Below, one piece after another: positions 1 to 9,992 of a DNA stretch of 64,000 nt. Within the stretch, counting starts at the first letter, position 1. The number at the start of each line of letters is the position of its first letter. The stretch is from an uncultured Nitrososphaerota archaeon (GTDB taxonomy: Archaea > Thermoproteota > EX4484-205 > JAAOZP01). A program made the translations under genes and the position numbers. The notes under the pieces are model-generated. The model made no database searches. It was not told the DNA's origin and worked only from the letters and a program-made list of their open reading frames with translations. The stretch covers positions 1 through 64,000 of the forward strand of contig CAYQCW010000005.1 of the NCBI GenBank assembly GCA_964416155.1, given 5' to 3'.

Positions 1-272
1 TTCCAGCTTCCGTAGGGCACGTTGTTGATGAAAACGTTGTCTATCTTAGCGGGTGAAGAGCCTGTGTTTATGTAACTAAGGTGTATAACCCAATCGTTTT
101 TTCTGGGCTCTGGGAAGGCGCTTCTTATCTCAATCTTCTCATACCCCATGAATGCTCCAACCAGGCCTGTCATCCAGAGTGCTACCGCTATTGCTATTGT
201 TATTCCTACTGCGACGATGATTACTGTGGTTATCACTGGGCTTATGCCCCTCTTGTCGTTCAGCATTTTCAT
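1..272 (-). CDS. Archaeal type IV pilin (probable major pilin), 3' end runs off the window
   Basis: Not in the ORF track. Manual translation gives MKMLNDKRG/ISPVITTVIIVAVGITIAIAVALWMTGLVGAFMGYEKIEIRS...YINTGSSPAKIDNVFINN: class III signal peptide (KRG|IS) plus hydrophobic N-helix. GGTGA RBS 7 nt upstream. Confidence 0.9.
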   Translation of the reverse strand, partial: MKMLNDKRGISPVITTVIIVAVGITIAIAVALWMTGLVGAFMGYEKIEIRSAFPEPRKNDWVIHLSYINTGSSPAKIDNVFINNVPYGSW

Positions 273-369
273 GCCTGTTTCACCTATTACCGTATTAAGC
301 TTGTATGGAAGATAGTATTTAAAATTTTTTATGTAAAAAAATGACTTACACCGCTTAACGTATTAGGCG

Positions 370-419
370 TTTTAAATTGAGCTGAACTGTTTTAAACTGT
401 TTTAAACTGTTTTAAACTT
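370..419 (-). repeat. Five phased 10-bp units (consensus CAGTTTAAAA on the minus strand) in the pilin/tadC divergent promoter region
   Basis: Plus-strand units ttttaaattg, agctgaactg, ttttaaactg, ttttaaactg, ttttaaactt at exact 10-bp spacing. Confidence 0.8.
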
Positions 420-612
420 TGAAAACTCTCTTAAAAACCGGCTTGCAAAACCTGCTTTAAAAAACTGTGTCTTATACTCCAGATTGACGGAGTGCGATTT
501 TCGTCATTCAAGCGACGCGTCTGATTGTCATGTTTCGACACATATACCGGTATTTAAATTCTGGAAAAAGAATAAGAATATAAGAAACATGTTATGGTAA
601 AAATACTTAGCC

Positions 613-2421
613 TTGTCCATATCGAGCTTCGCCGCATGGCTGTTCGGCCCGCTTGGAGACAGCGTCGCCAAGTTTTGCGGCGACCTTGAAGCCTCCGGGA
701 TAAGAGTATACCCGAGGGCCTACGGCGCCACGGTTCTCCTGGCAACGTTCATAACCGCAATCGTCTCAGTAGCGTTGTCAAGCGTATTGTTTCTAAGCTA
801 CGACCTGATCGTTGTCAACCTTGGCTTCCGCGAGGTCTACCTGATACCGGTGTTGCTCCTTTGCCTCCCAGTCATTGTCTTCCTCCTCGGCATAGCTTGG
901 CCCAGGATGAAGATCTCAAACGTTAACGCTTCTCTCTCCTCAGAGGTCCCCTATGCTGCAGCCTACACCGCGGTTATGTCTACGGGAGGTATTTCCCCGT
1001 ATGTTAGCATAATGAGGCTTTCACGCGTACCCCTTCTCCCAACGTTCTCCGAGACGGCTAAGCTCCTCGACATCATGGTTAGGGGGCTGGGCTACGACCC
1101 TGTCACAGCCTTGGAGGAAATAGGTAAGAAGCTTCCCTCCAAGGAGTTCAGGGAGCTTCTCCTAGGCTATGCTTCGACGCTTAAGACTGGTGGAGACGTT
1201 GTCCACTATCTTCTGCGAAGAACTGAACTATTATTCCAGGAGAGGCTTGAGAACCTTAAGCTCATCGGCGGGAGGCTTGGGCAATTGATGGAGGTCTACA
1301 TCGTCTTCGCGATACTCCTTCTGCTCGGCATATACACTATTTACGCTGTTCAAATGTCTATCGGAGAGCTCGTAGCCGGAGCTGGCGGCGGCATATTTGG
1401 AAACATATTGTCATTCGTGTTGTTCAGCTACGCTTTCCTACCCTTCTTCTCACTCCTATTCCTATGGCTCATAGACATTGTTCAGCCGAAGTACCCGATG
1501 GAGGACAACTCGCCCTACATCGTTTTCGCCGCCACAGCCACGCCGATTCTTGCACTGCTCATACCTGGGTTCTGCGTCTCCTTCCTCGTCACTGGCTTGA
1601 GAGATATTTCGCCTTTCAACTTTCTAAGCAACTTCATCGTCTGGCTGAGAGAGTATTTTCAGCTTGAACGCGGCTACGAGCCCACTATAGGGCTTATCCT
1701 GACCCTGTCGTTCGCGTCAATCCCCGTGGTTGCCTACAGGCTGTACATCAGTTTCAAGGAGAAGGGTATGGATGTCGGTTTCGCAGGCTTCCTCAGAGAC
1801 CTTGTGGAGATAAGGAAGTCCGGTTTAAGCCCTGAGAAATGCATAATAGCACTCTCGGAAAGGAACTACGGAAACCTTTCCAGGCATATTAGGACGATGG
1901 CCACGCAGATCTCGTGGGGGATAAGCCATGCTGAAATATATAGGACGTTTTCAAAGAAGGTTAGGGCTTGGCTTACGAAGATAAGCATGTTCCTGCTTCT
2001 CGACGCCATAGAGGTTGGGGGAGGAACTCCCGAGACGCTTGAAACACTGGCGAGGTTCAACGAGTCTATAATTCTTATGGAGAAGGAGAAGAGGTCTGAG
2101 CTCAAACCATTGCTCATGATACCCTACATCGGGACAGGGGTTCTGGTTGTAACAGTCATAGCACTCCTAACATTCTTCAGGTCGATGCTGCTCATGGCTG
2201 GACGCTCAATGGCTTTCGCAGACATGGTTCAACTCCTCCTCCCACCGGTCGTCCTACACGTATACATGATGGGCCTAGTCGGCGGCAAGATCGCATACGG
2301 CGAGGTTTCCTCAGGCTTCTTCCACGCTCTAATGCTCCTGGCCTTCACCCTGGCGACGATAATATTAGCGCCATACTATTCTTTCACCCCAGTGCCAACG
2401 GGCGGTGGTACTATTGGCTAA
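613..2421 (+). CDS. Type IV pilus platform membrane protein, TadC/FlaJ (T2SS F) family
   Basis: Two GspF-like repeats (PYAAAYTAVMSTGGISP...LKTGGDVVHYL; FLRDLVEIRKSGLSPE...AIEVGGGTPETLETLA) and many TM helices, next to pilins. Confidence 0.92.
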   Translation: MSISSFAAWLFGPLGDSVAKFCGDLEASGIRVYPRAYGATVLLATFITAIVSVALSSVLFLSYDLIVVNLGFREVYLIPVLLLCLPVIVFLLGIAWPRMKISNVNASLSSEVPYAAAYTAVMSTGGISPYVSIMRLSRVPLLPTFSETAKLLDIMVRGLGYDPVTALEEIGKKLPSKEFRELLLGYASTLKTGGDVVHYLLRRTELLFQERLENLKLIGGRLGQLMEVYIVFAILLLLGIYTIYAVQMSIGELVAGAGGGIFGNILSFVLFSYAFLPFFSLLFLWLIDIVQPKYPMEDNSPYIVFAATATPILALLIPGFCVSFLVTGLRDISPFNFLSNFIVWLREYFQLERGYEPTIGLILTLSFASIPVVAYRLYISFKEKGMDVGFAGFLRDLVEIRKSGLSPEKCIIALSERNYGNLSRHIRTMATQISWGISHAEIYRTFSKKVRAWLTKISMFLLLDAIEVGGGTPETLETLARFNESIILMEKEKRSELKPLLMIPYIGTGVLVVTVIALLTFFRSMLLMAGRSMAFADMVQLLLPPVVLHVYMMGLVGGKIAYGEVSSGFFHALMLLAFTLATIILAPYYSFTPVPTGGGTIG

Positions 2422-3241
2422 GGCTAGGCTTAACAATAAGGGTGTCTCAGAGGTTGTGGCGACAGTCATGCTCGTAACCGTGACGCTAGGCATGATTGTC
2501 GGGGGAGTATTCTTCGCCCAGCTTAACCTTTCAATGCAGGCTCAGGCGACGGAGTTTGAAAACGGTAAGGCTGGCATGATCAGCCTCGCGCAGATGATAG
2601 AGAGCATGAGCCTGGTTAAGGGTGAAGCGGGATACGTGAGGTTTGCAGTAAGCAGCGGCGGGCTTTCCCTGGTGCCTGGGACTGAGAAACTCAACATAAC
2701 TATTACTGATGAGAAGGATGGTTCTCTCACTGTTTTCGAGGACACTGTTAACCTGCCTAAGTTCAGGGGAGGGGGCGGCGTCGCATCTCTCGACTTTCAG
2801 ATTCTCAAAGGGGTCTCCAATGCTCTGCCAACGGACTACCTGATAGTCAGCCCGGGTAGGTCAGCCCCACTGGGATGGGTATACTTGAAGCGTGAACAGG
2901 GGGCGTGGATCATAATGGATTTTGGAAGGGTTAGGGTTGTCCCCTCCGGCACAATCCGGGTTACGAAGGATAATGGGCTTAACTGGGAGCCTGTTAACGT
3001 TGTTGAAATAACCTACGTCAGGATTATCTACGGATCATTCAGCGGAACCGATGTTTACAATGTTTGCGCCAGAGTTAAGAACGTGGCCACCAGAGTAATA
3101 AGGCTTCCGGATTCAACAAGCATCACCGTGAGTGTTAAAAGAGGCCCCTATTCTGATGCCTACAGTATTCCGGACCAGGGGGGTAACGGCACGATAATAT
3201 TCCTGAACATAGTCGACGTCGAGCTTTCAATAGGTGGTTAA
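2405..3241 (+). CDS. Pilin-like protein with class III signal peptide (start possibly TTG 2414)
   Basis: NNKG|VSEVVATVMLVTVTLGMIV prepilin motif with +3 Glu and hydrophobic helix. Confidence 0.85.
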   Translation: MVLLAKARLNNKGVSEVVATVMLVTVTLGMIVGGVFFAQLNLSMQAQATEFENGKAGMISLAQMIESMSLVKGEAGYVRFAVSSGGLSLVPGTEKLNITITDEKDGSLTVFEDTVNLPKFRGGGGVASLDFQILKGVSNALPTDYLIVSPGRSAPLGWVYLKREQGAWIIMDFGRVRVVPSGTIRVTKDNGLNWEPVNVVEITYVRIIYGSFSGTDVYNVCARVKNVATRVIRLPDSTSITVSVKRGPYSDAYSIPDQGGNGTIIFLNIVDVELSIGG

Positions 3242-3243
3242 AA

Positions 3244-3768
3244 ATGCCTTCAACACCTTTTGAAACAGTTATCCTGACGACAGCCTTCTACGGCGTCCTG
3301 CTAATATCCCTTTTAATGCTTTCAGTCCTATACCAGTGGGTTATGGTTGACTCGCTCAGGATTAGGCTCGGCGAGATGGCTAACCAGGTTGCTTCAGAGG
3401 TAACTGGCCTGTACGCGATGTGTCAGAAGCCTAGGAACAACGTTGACCTTTTCAAGCCGGTAAGCATTCCTGCCTCAGTGTCGGAGCAGGGCTACGCGAT
3501 AGAGTTTAAACAGATTCAGGGGGTTTGGCACGTCGTCGCTTATCTTGAGAGCAACAGGGCGGTAAAAGCCTCCTCACCATTGTGGAGCGAGCCGGGTGGT
3601 GGAGTCATCGTTGAAACAGGTACCGGCGCTTTCCAAGTAGGCCCCTACACCGTGAGATACACCGGTGTCCTGCACTCGGGCAAGAGGAACGCTGTGGTCT
3701 GGGCTAGGAGGATAAACAGCTCGATAACCGTCGGACTAGGATGGGTTGAGAACACTGGAGGCGGGTGA
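3244..3768 (+). CDS. Minor pilin-like membrane protein
   Basis: N-terminal hydrophobic helix followed by a beta-rich domain, inside the pilus operon with 2-3 nt spacing. Confidence 0.7.
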   Translation: MPSTPFETVILTTAFYGVLLISLLMLSVLYQWVMVDSLRIRLGEMANQVASEVTGLYAMCQKPRNNVDLFKPVSIPASVSEQGYAIEFKQIQGVWHVVAYLESNRAVKASSPLWSEPGGGVIVETGTGAFQVGPYTVRYTGVLHSGKRNAVVWARRINSSITVGLGWVENTGGG

Positions 3769-3771
3769 TTA

Positions 3772-4965
3772 ATGCAGGTCACGCTGGACAACATGTTCGC
3801 CTTCCTCGTCCTCCTGCTAATACTCGTAACATTCATGGGCTACATTATTCCAACCGCATACCTCTCCTTCGCAACGGTTAAGGAGCATCAGCTTGAGGAG
3901 ATTGCGCAAGCAATCGTGGATAAGGTTCTCCTAAGCCCAGGAATACCTGAGAACTGGGGTGACATACTTGTGGTTGAGGACAGCAGCCAGCTCCACGCAT
4001 TTGGGCTTCAGAAGGCTGGGGGAGAGCCCTACGAGCTGGACATGGATAAGGTTCTAAGGATAGTGAACGTGGGTGTCTGGCAGCTTCCTGAAACAGTGCA
4101 GATAGACGCTTGGACGATAGCTAGGCTCCTAGGGATTGAAAACAAGTATGGCTTGAGCATACGCATGACGCCGGCTCTAAACTTAACCGCAACCCCGCTA
4201 GCATACTACGATTTGAAGGGCGGTGTTAAGGTTCCCAGCGTTATTAACGTTACTGTTAAGACTTCCGAGGGAAGGCCTGCGATAAGCGCGAACATCACCG
4301 GGATCTACGTGCTCATGATTATTCAAAAAGAGGGGGGCGAGGACGTTTGCTACGTGGACTATCTCGATAGAACGAGTGTAACCAATGTGGATGGCTGCGC
4401 GACGCTTAATTTCGCAGACTTTCTTAAAGATGCTGAAACGAAGGTTGGTAATCTGCAGAAGAGTTTCTCGGCTGTAATCATCTACGCAGACTATTATGGG
4501 ATTAGAGCGGTTAACTCCTCCCTACTCGGGGAGACTGATATTCTCCAAGGGTCGACTGTGGATGACTACCTTATAGTGAGGTTCTCCGAGGGGGGAGCCT
4601 CCATACCGGGTGCTAGACACTTGAGGAACCAGACTGCCCTAGCTAATCCTCCATACTACGTTTACCTGAGCAGGCTTCTCAACGAGACGAACGGGGAGTC
4701 CGGCATGGTGGTGAACAGGGGTGCTAAAGACTACCGTGTCTACAGGGTTTCTAACACTATCGACGAGGACGTTGCATTCATAATGATGCCGGTAAAGTAT
4801 TTGGGGAGATACTATGTTGTTAACTTCCGCAGGCCGCCGTCCACGACCATATGTCAAATCGGCATGGCTGGGGGAAACATTAAGACAAGCGTCCTGAGGA
4901 GGATGGTTAGAATAGGCTCCTTCCACTATGTTTTCGAAGTCAGGGTTTGGAGGTGGGGAGAATGA
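3772..4965 (+). CDS. Minor pilin/pseudopilin-like protein
   Basis: Q-x-x-L-D then hydrophobic helix, and the SPGIPENW motif typical of archaeal pilus-locus accessory pilins. Confidence 0.7.
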   Translation: MQVTLDNMFAFLVLLLILVTFMGYIIPTAYLSFATVKEHQLEEIAQAIVDKVLLSPGIPENWGDILVVEDSSQLHAFGLQKAGGEPYELDMDKVLRIVNVGVWQLPETVQIDAWTIARLLGIENKYGLSIRMTPALNLTATPLAYYDLKGGVKVPSVINVTVKTSEGRPAISANITGIYVLMIIQKEGGEDVCYVDYLDRTSVTNVDGCATLNFADFLKDAETKVGNLQKSFSAVIIYADYYGIRAVNSSLLGETDILQGSTVDDYLIVRFSEGGASIPGARHLRNQTALANPPYYVYLSRLLNETNGESGMVVNRGAKDYRVYRVSNTIDEDVAFIMMPVKYLGRYYVVNFRRPPSTTICQIGMAGGNIKTSVLRRMVRIGSFHYVFEVRVWRWGE

Positions 4966-5432
4966 TGGACCCTAGGGGTCAGATGAGGGTTGTTGAAGCC
5001 CTTCTGGCAAGCGGCATAATCGCTATCGCGATGTGGAGCATGATAAACCTGACTAAGAGCCCAGACCCGTATAGCGCTAAGGTTAGGAACGAGATGGAGA
5101 AATACTGCTACGATTTTCTGATGAGCCTAGCCGACAGGGAGGTTTACGACGAGGTGATTTTCAACTCCACCGGCGTTAGGCCCGGCTGGGAGGACTTGAT
5201 GAAGAACGTTTTAAGCGCTCTTCTACCGGCTAACACGCTTTACAACATGACTGTCTACAACATGAGTCAGAAGGGGGAAGTTGTTGAGGTTGAGCCGCTT
5301 GGCGGAAGCATTTCCAACGCTTCATCGGGCGACTTCAGGCTTGCGAAGGAGGCTGCCGGCGCAGAAATAACCTACACCACTAGGAGGAGATGGGTCTTAA
5401 AGATTCACCTGGAGCTCGCTAAAGGGTGGTGA
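4962..5432 (+). CDS. Minor pilin with class III signal peptide
   Basis: MMDPRG|QMRVVEALLASGIIAIAMW (RGQ cleavage motif, Glu near the mature N-terminus). ATGA overlap with the upstream gene sets the start at 4962. Confidence 0.8.
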   Translation: MMDPRGQMRVVEALLASGIIAIAMWSMINLTKSPDPYSAKVRNEMEKYCYDFLMSLADREVYDEVIFNSTGVRPGWEDLMKNVLSALLPANTLYNMTVYNMSQKGEVVEVEPLGGSISNASSGDFRLAKEAAGAEITYTTRRRWVLKIHLELAKGW

Positions 5433-8400
5433 CGATGAAAACCCATAGCTGGAGGAGTGGGCAGGTCATTCTTGTGATGAGCATCACACTGTTAACGATC
5501 ATCCTGCTTGTTTCAACAATGGTTTACCTGACTTCGACTCAACACTTGTTCTTCAACTATAATCCGAGCAGGGAGATAGTTATGAGCATAGACTCTGATT
5601 TCAACAGGGCGCTAACAAGGATTCTCGCGAACGCTACAGCAACCTACAACATGACTTCTGAAATGAATTTCCCGAGGAGGATTGCTAACCTGACTTTCTC
5701 ATACTGGATTGTGTCAACGCAGGCAGCTTACACGGGCAAGGGTTTAAACATTCAGACTAAGTGGATTGACGAGCCTGTTCAGGAGGCTAAGAGCATTAGG
5801 CTGACCCTGTACAACTTGACTAAGAGTGGGTATCCGGATAAACCCATTTATTACACGTTCAACTACCGTGAGAGGAGGCTGCAGGACAAGCTTTTCAAAC
5901 TGTTCTGGTATAGGCCTAACAGTATTTCAGCAATAGGCGCTGAAATAAGCGTAGACGCGACTTATCAGGGCGTGGTTGGCTGGAGGGCTACGCACATCGT
6001 TCTTCTCAACCTCACGATAACCTCGATAACCCCTTATGAGAAGGATAATTACGTTGAGCTGCATGTAACAGTGCTCAGGGAGAACGGGTTTCCGGTTAAC
6101 GACCTTAAGCCTGGAAACTTCGAAGTATACTTGTTCGACCCCACTGTGCCGCTGGGAGTGTACTGCTGGAAGAGAATTAGCCCCGACACCATGACACTGG
6201 CTTACAACGGTGGAGGGAACTACACGATAAGAATAACTCCGAGCTTCCACAATCCTACTAGTAGTAACGTCAGGCTCTTCTGGAGGTGGGAGCCTGAGCG
6301 GGGTAGCCCGCCGCACCAGCCCGGCTACTACCAGTTCGCGCTCGTAAGGGTTCAGGACAATAGGGGAATAATCGTCGAATCATACTCCTACTCCGGAATA
6401 GAGTACGCTATACAGGAGAATGCTGTGGAACCGTTTTACCCTGGCGACCCGTCTAAAGTTAAGGAGACTTACGTCTTTGAGCTCATCCCCAACGGGACGA
6501 TGTACTGGTATAATACCAGGCTCTCGTCGCCAATCCACAATCCTCCAATACCTCTTCCACCAGTTAAGCAGGTAAGGGTTATGGCGACGAGAAACGGGGA
6601 TCCCTTGAGCACTGGTTACAATCCTGTTTTCGAGGAAGTGCCCTACCAGACTGAGGTTTGGGACAACAGGTATCTCTGGCCTAACAGCGAGAGTTTCCTA
6701 GACTGGAGGAGGAGGATTATGAACGGCTCTAAGCTTGTTTTCGAGCTGAACTACCCGCAGGGGTGTAGGCTGCAGAGGGTTAGGATAACATGGCTTGAGG
6801 ATGCTGACGCCACGCCGCCGGAGTATCGTCTCCACATGACCCTGAACGCAGCGTTCGCCACCGTCGACAACGGGAAATACGTTTTAACACTGGTGGCTAG
6901 TCCAACGAGCCACTGGGTGGACTGGTCGATAAGCCTCCTCGACCCGAGAAGCGGAACCCGTGTTGAATACGTCCTGCTGGGATACGATGTTTACCCGATG
7001 CCTGGCGGGGGCTGGTGGTTCCCGAGGAAGGTTCCCGCGGACGACTGGACAATACTTCCCAAACCTGTTGATAAAGGAGGCGTCCTAGTTGCCGAGGCTC
7101 CGGTGAGACTTGTTGCATTCAGGAAGTCTAACAGGACGCAGGAGAGGCCGCCGACAGGACCGGTGAGTTACAACGAGATGTATTACGAGACTCTTCTCTA
7201 TATTCCTTACAATGTTTCATACTTCCTCTACGTGGCGAACGCTACTTGGCTTAGAAGCGTCCGCATGGACTATGCCTACATGTCTCTAATGGGGATGATA
7301 GGAGGGACCGATACTGATGCCGGAAGCCCCCTGAGAGTTCAATGGGGCTCTTTTGCAACCAGCGTCGCAAACCCGAGAATCGTCAACGGCACTTACTCGA
7401 ACATTCGAAACATCATGCATAGGGATAGGAATAATAGTCCCGCTAACATTCCTTCAGCGCAAGCATACGGTAATTGGACCGTGTTGTACAACGAATACGC
7501 GGGCATGGCTATTTTCGCATCCGAAGAGTTCATCGATGAGCTTAGAAGCTACTTCATAGGTGGCACGAGAAGGGACCAGCTTTGGGTTTGGACCACTGCT
7601 GACTACCAGAGGAGAGTTATGGAGTATGACGCTATCTTTTGGAGAAGAGGCGCCACAACCGACATATATGACACTGATCCTGCGAACAGGATCCAGTTTA
7701 AGGTTGCTGGTTTTCTGACTGAGGGTGCTAGGGCAGTCAACCCGTTTGTCAACGTTAGCCTATGGCATAACAGTACTGACCGCAACGCCCTTCCCTTCGC
7801 CACTGTGGAGACCACGAGCGGCACTGTCGCAGGGGAGCTTGAACTCGTAAAGAGGAATGCTTTCATCTACGACGATTTCTCCACCGACCCGTTCACCAGC
7901 GGGAGGCTTACCACTAACACTGAAGCCTGGAGCTGGAACCGAGCGGAAAGCTACATACAGGTTTCCGCCGACGGTCCCTCTGGAAGCTGGGGCGGGGCGC
8001 ACGTCGCGTATTACTCTAACAGCACGCCGTCGACGACAGGCACAGTATACGTGTTGTCGAAAGAGTGGTATGACACGACGCAAAGCAGTGGTCAGTCAGG
8101 CAGGCAGGGGGCGGGTTTAGCGATGATCAACTCAGAAACTAGCTTCTACACGTTGGAGTTTTATCGCGACCCCAATAGGCGCCTCGGAGCATGGTATTTT
8201 AGCGGAACGAGATGGGATTATTCTAACCGGATTTCAAGCAGCTTGTCACCTCCAACCTGGTTCATATCTCTTGGGAGCAGGAGTGTTAACACTGGGGTGA
8301 TGAGGCTGACCGTGTATAATACTGGTGGCTCTCCAGTGGGCAGTACTTTAACCGCTAATACGAACCCGGCCGTCTGGGCAAGCTTGGTTGGCCTCAGCAT

Positions 8401-8809
8401 ATACGATGAGAGAAACGGCCACGGTTCTCTGGCAGCAAGGTTTGACGATTTCGTCGCGTCCATTGACGCTGACCCGAGGTTCGTAAACGTTACAGGACTC
8501 ACGCCGGGTTGGACCGTCAGGCTTAAGGATGGAAACAACGCCACTGTAGCCAGTGCTACGGCTACCTCCAGGGGCGTCGCCAGCCTGAACGTGATCACTA
8601 GGCCCATAGTTAAGAACGCCAGGATCGAGATATACTCTGGAGCCACGTTAATCCTTTCCAAGTCCTTCGATGTTGTCGTAGGCGGAGACGTTTACAGGCG
8701 CACGGTAGTCGGGTCTGTTAAGAATGCCGTTGAAGAATGCCTCATGTACCACAGGATGTTTCTGAACCAGTATGCGCCTTCAATAGTCTTCGTTGGGCCA
8801 ATATACTGA
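5426..8809 (+). CDS. Very large pilin-like protein, putative pilus adhesin
   Basis: RSG|QVILVMSITLLTIILLV class III-type N-terminus, 1127 aa, many N-x-S/T sequons, beta-rich aromatic-rich domains. Confidence 0.75.
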   Translation: MVTMKTHSWRSGQVILVMSITLLTIILLVSTMVYLTSTQHLFFNYNPSREIVMSIDSDFNRALTRILANATATYNMTSEMNFPRRIANLTFSYWIVSTQAAYTGKGLNIQTKWIDEPVQEAKSIRLTLYNLTKSGYPDKPIYYTFNYRERRLQDKLFKLFWYRPNSISAIGAEISVDATYQGVVGWRATHIVLLNLTITSITPYEKDNYVELHVTVLRENGFPVNDLKPGNFEVYLFDPTVPLGVYCWKRISPDTMTLAYNGGGNYTIRITPSFHNPTSSNVRLFWRWEPERGSPPHQPGYYQFALVRVQDNRGIIVESYSYSGIEYAIQENAVEPFYPGDPSKVKETYVFELIPNGTMYWYNTRLSSPIHNPPIPLPPVKQVRVMATRNGDPLSTGYNPVFEEVPYQTEVWDNRYLWPNSESFLDWRRRIMNGSKLVFELNYPQGCRLQRVRITWLEDADATPPEYRLHMTLNAAFATVDNGKYVLTLVASPTSHWVDWSISLLDPRSGTRVEYVLLGYDVYPMPGGGWWFPRKVPADDWTILPKPVDKGGVLVAEAPVRLVAFRKSNRTQERPPTGPVSYNEMYYETLLYIPYNVSYFLYVANATWLRSVRMDYAYMSLMGMIGGTDTDAGSPLRVQWGSFATSVANPRIVNGTYSNIRNIMHRDRNNSPANIPSAQAYGNWTVLYNEYAGMAIFASEEFIDELRSYFIGGTRRDQLWVWTTADYQRRVMEYDAIFWRRGATTDIYDTDPANRIQFKVAGFLTEGARAVNPFVNVSLWHNSTDRNALPFATVETTSGTVAGELELVKRNAFIYDDFSTDPFTSGRLTTNTEAWSWNRAESYIQVSADGPSGSWGGAHVAYYSNSTPSTTGTVYVLSKEWYDTTQSSGQSGRQGAGLAMINSETSFYTLEFYRDPNRRLGAWYFSGTRWDYSNRISSSLSPPTWFISLGSRSVNTGVMRLTVYNTGGSPVGSTLTANTNPAVWASLVGLSIYDERNGHGSLAARFDDFVASIDADPRFVNVTGLTPGWTVRLKDGNNATVASATATSRGVASLNVITRPIVKNARIEIYSGATLILSKSFDVVVGGDVYRRTVVGSVKNAVEECLMYHRMFLNQYAPSIVFVGPIY

Positions 8810-8949
8810 GCCGGCATATTTACTTCCTGCAACGGTTAGACGATCCGAGTCACAGCGCGTGCTACCAGACATTTCATTAGTAACCGTCCTTTGATTATAT
8901 TGGAACCCGTTCTACAAACGTTTATATCTAATCGAGATGTTAAATATCC

Positions 8950-9342
8950 GTGAGAAGGGAAGAGATCGAGAAACTGCTGGATAGATCTAAGAAGTTTAAG
9001 GATGCTGCTGAATTCCATTTCTCAAGAGGAGATTACGATTTAGCGGCATTCAACATAGAGCAGTCATTACAGCTTTTTCTAAAAGCAAAGCTACTGGAAA
9101 AGGGGGCGGAATCCCCTAAGACTCATACTTTAAGGAGACTTTTTCTTTTACTTGGAGAAATCCTGAGGAATCCGGGCGAGTTTAAAAAATTCGCGGATGA
9201 AAAAGCCTTGGAGTTTGCGAGCCTAGAGGATGCCTACATCACCGCCAGATATTTCCCCAGGGATTTCGAGAAGGAGGAAGCAAGGAAACTGCTAGATTTC
9301 GCTAAGGAGGTTGAGGAACAGGTTGGAAGAGCTTTTAATTAG
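8950..9342 (+). CDS. HEPN domain protein
   Basis: YDLAAFNIEQSLQLFLKAKL...PKTHTL...YITARY pattern. Overlaps a downstream MNT gene. Confidence 0.9.
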   Translation: MRREEIEKLLDRSKKFKDAAEFHFSRGDYDLAAFNIEQSLQLFLKAKLLEKGAESPKTHTLRRLFLLLGEILRNPGEFKKFADEKALEFASLEDAYITARYFPRDFEKEEARKLLDFAKEVEEQVGRAFN

Positions 9343-9640
9343 AGAAGCTGCCAGAAGGGAAGAAGTTTTCAAAAGCCTGCCGGAACTCTTAAAGAGGATT
9401 AAAAAAATAGTTGGCGAGGCAGATGAAGAGTCTAGAGTTTTCCTTTTCGGTTCTGTAGCAAGAGACGAGTGTGTCTTAACAAGCGACATAGACATATTGA
9501 TCTTAACGAAGTTGAAGCCTAGTGAAGTTATTGCAAAGCTGAGGAAAGAGGGTTTCGACGAGCCCTTCGAATTCCATGTAACGGATGAAAAGATGTTCAG
9601 TTTTTACATCAAGCTTATCAGAGAATTAAGAGAAATTTAA
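9311..9640 (+). CDS. Minimal nucleotidyltransferase (MNT) antitoxin
   Basis: VFLFGSVAR...SDIDIL motif, paired with HEPN. Confidence 0.9.
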   Translation: MRNRLEELLIREAARREEVFKSLPELLKRIKKIVGEADEESRVFLFGSVARDECVLTSDIDILILTKLKPSEVIAKLRKEGFDEPFEFHVTDEKMFSFYIKLIRELREI

Positions 9641-9654
9641 TTAAGAAGCGTGTG

Positions 9655-9850
9655 ATAAAGCTTGATCTAGATGCCGTAAGGCTTGTAAAGGAAGCTAAAG
9701 AGGAATTTGAATAATTTATATTGATACTGATGTTTCTAGAAAATCATCCAAGATACGGAGAGGCTTGTAAAAGAATTGAAGAAAGGCAGGCTTAAATCGT
9801 GCGCATCCATTTTAGTTCTATAGATATAATCAACGTGCTTACGCGCGCGT
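9655..9850 (+). pseudogene. Degraded vapBC remnant (antitoxin C-terminus plus PIN toxin N-terminus)
   Basis: Fragments KLDLDAVRLVKEAKEEFE* then IYIDTDV / ENHPRYGEACKRI / KGRLKSCASILVL* / IINVL in shifting frames, matching a PIN-domain N-terminus. Confidence 0.7.
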
Positions 9851-9992
9851 ATGGTGTTGCTGCTAGTACCTCGTAAACGAATGTTTGACAGCATTGGAGA
9901 AGTAATATCGTACCTCTTGGAAAAATAAATTAGAATCGGAAGGGGAAGGCTGAAAGATTTATAAGTAAGACGAATGTCTTATATGTAAGACT

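Noticed and set aside
81-344. Cys/Tyr-rich 87-aa ORF resembling a metal-binding or RiPP precursor peptide
   Set aside because: It is the antisense shadow of the pilin's hydrophobic helix (Ile/Ala/Val codons read backwards). The pilin has the RBS and the motif.
370-419. Repeat array as a CRISPR or origin (ORB) element
   Set aside because: The units are 10 bp with no spacers and lack the G-string of ORB boxes. No CRISPR array was seen anywhere in the window.
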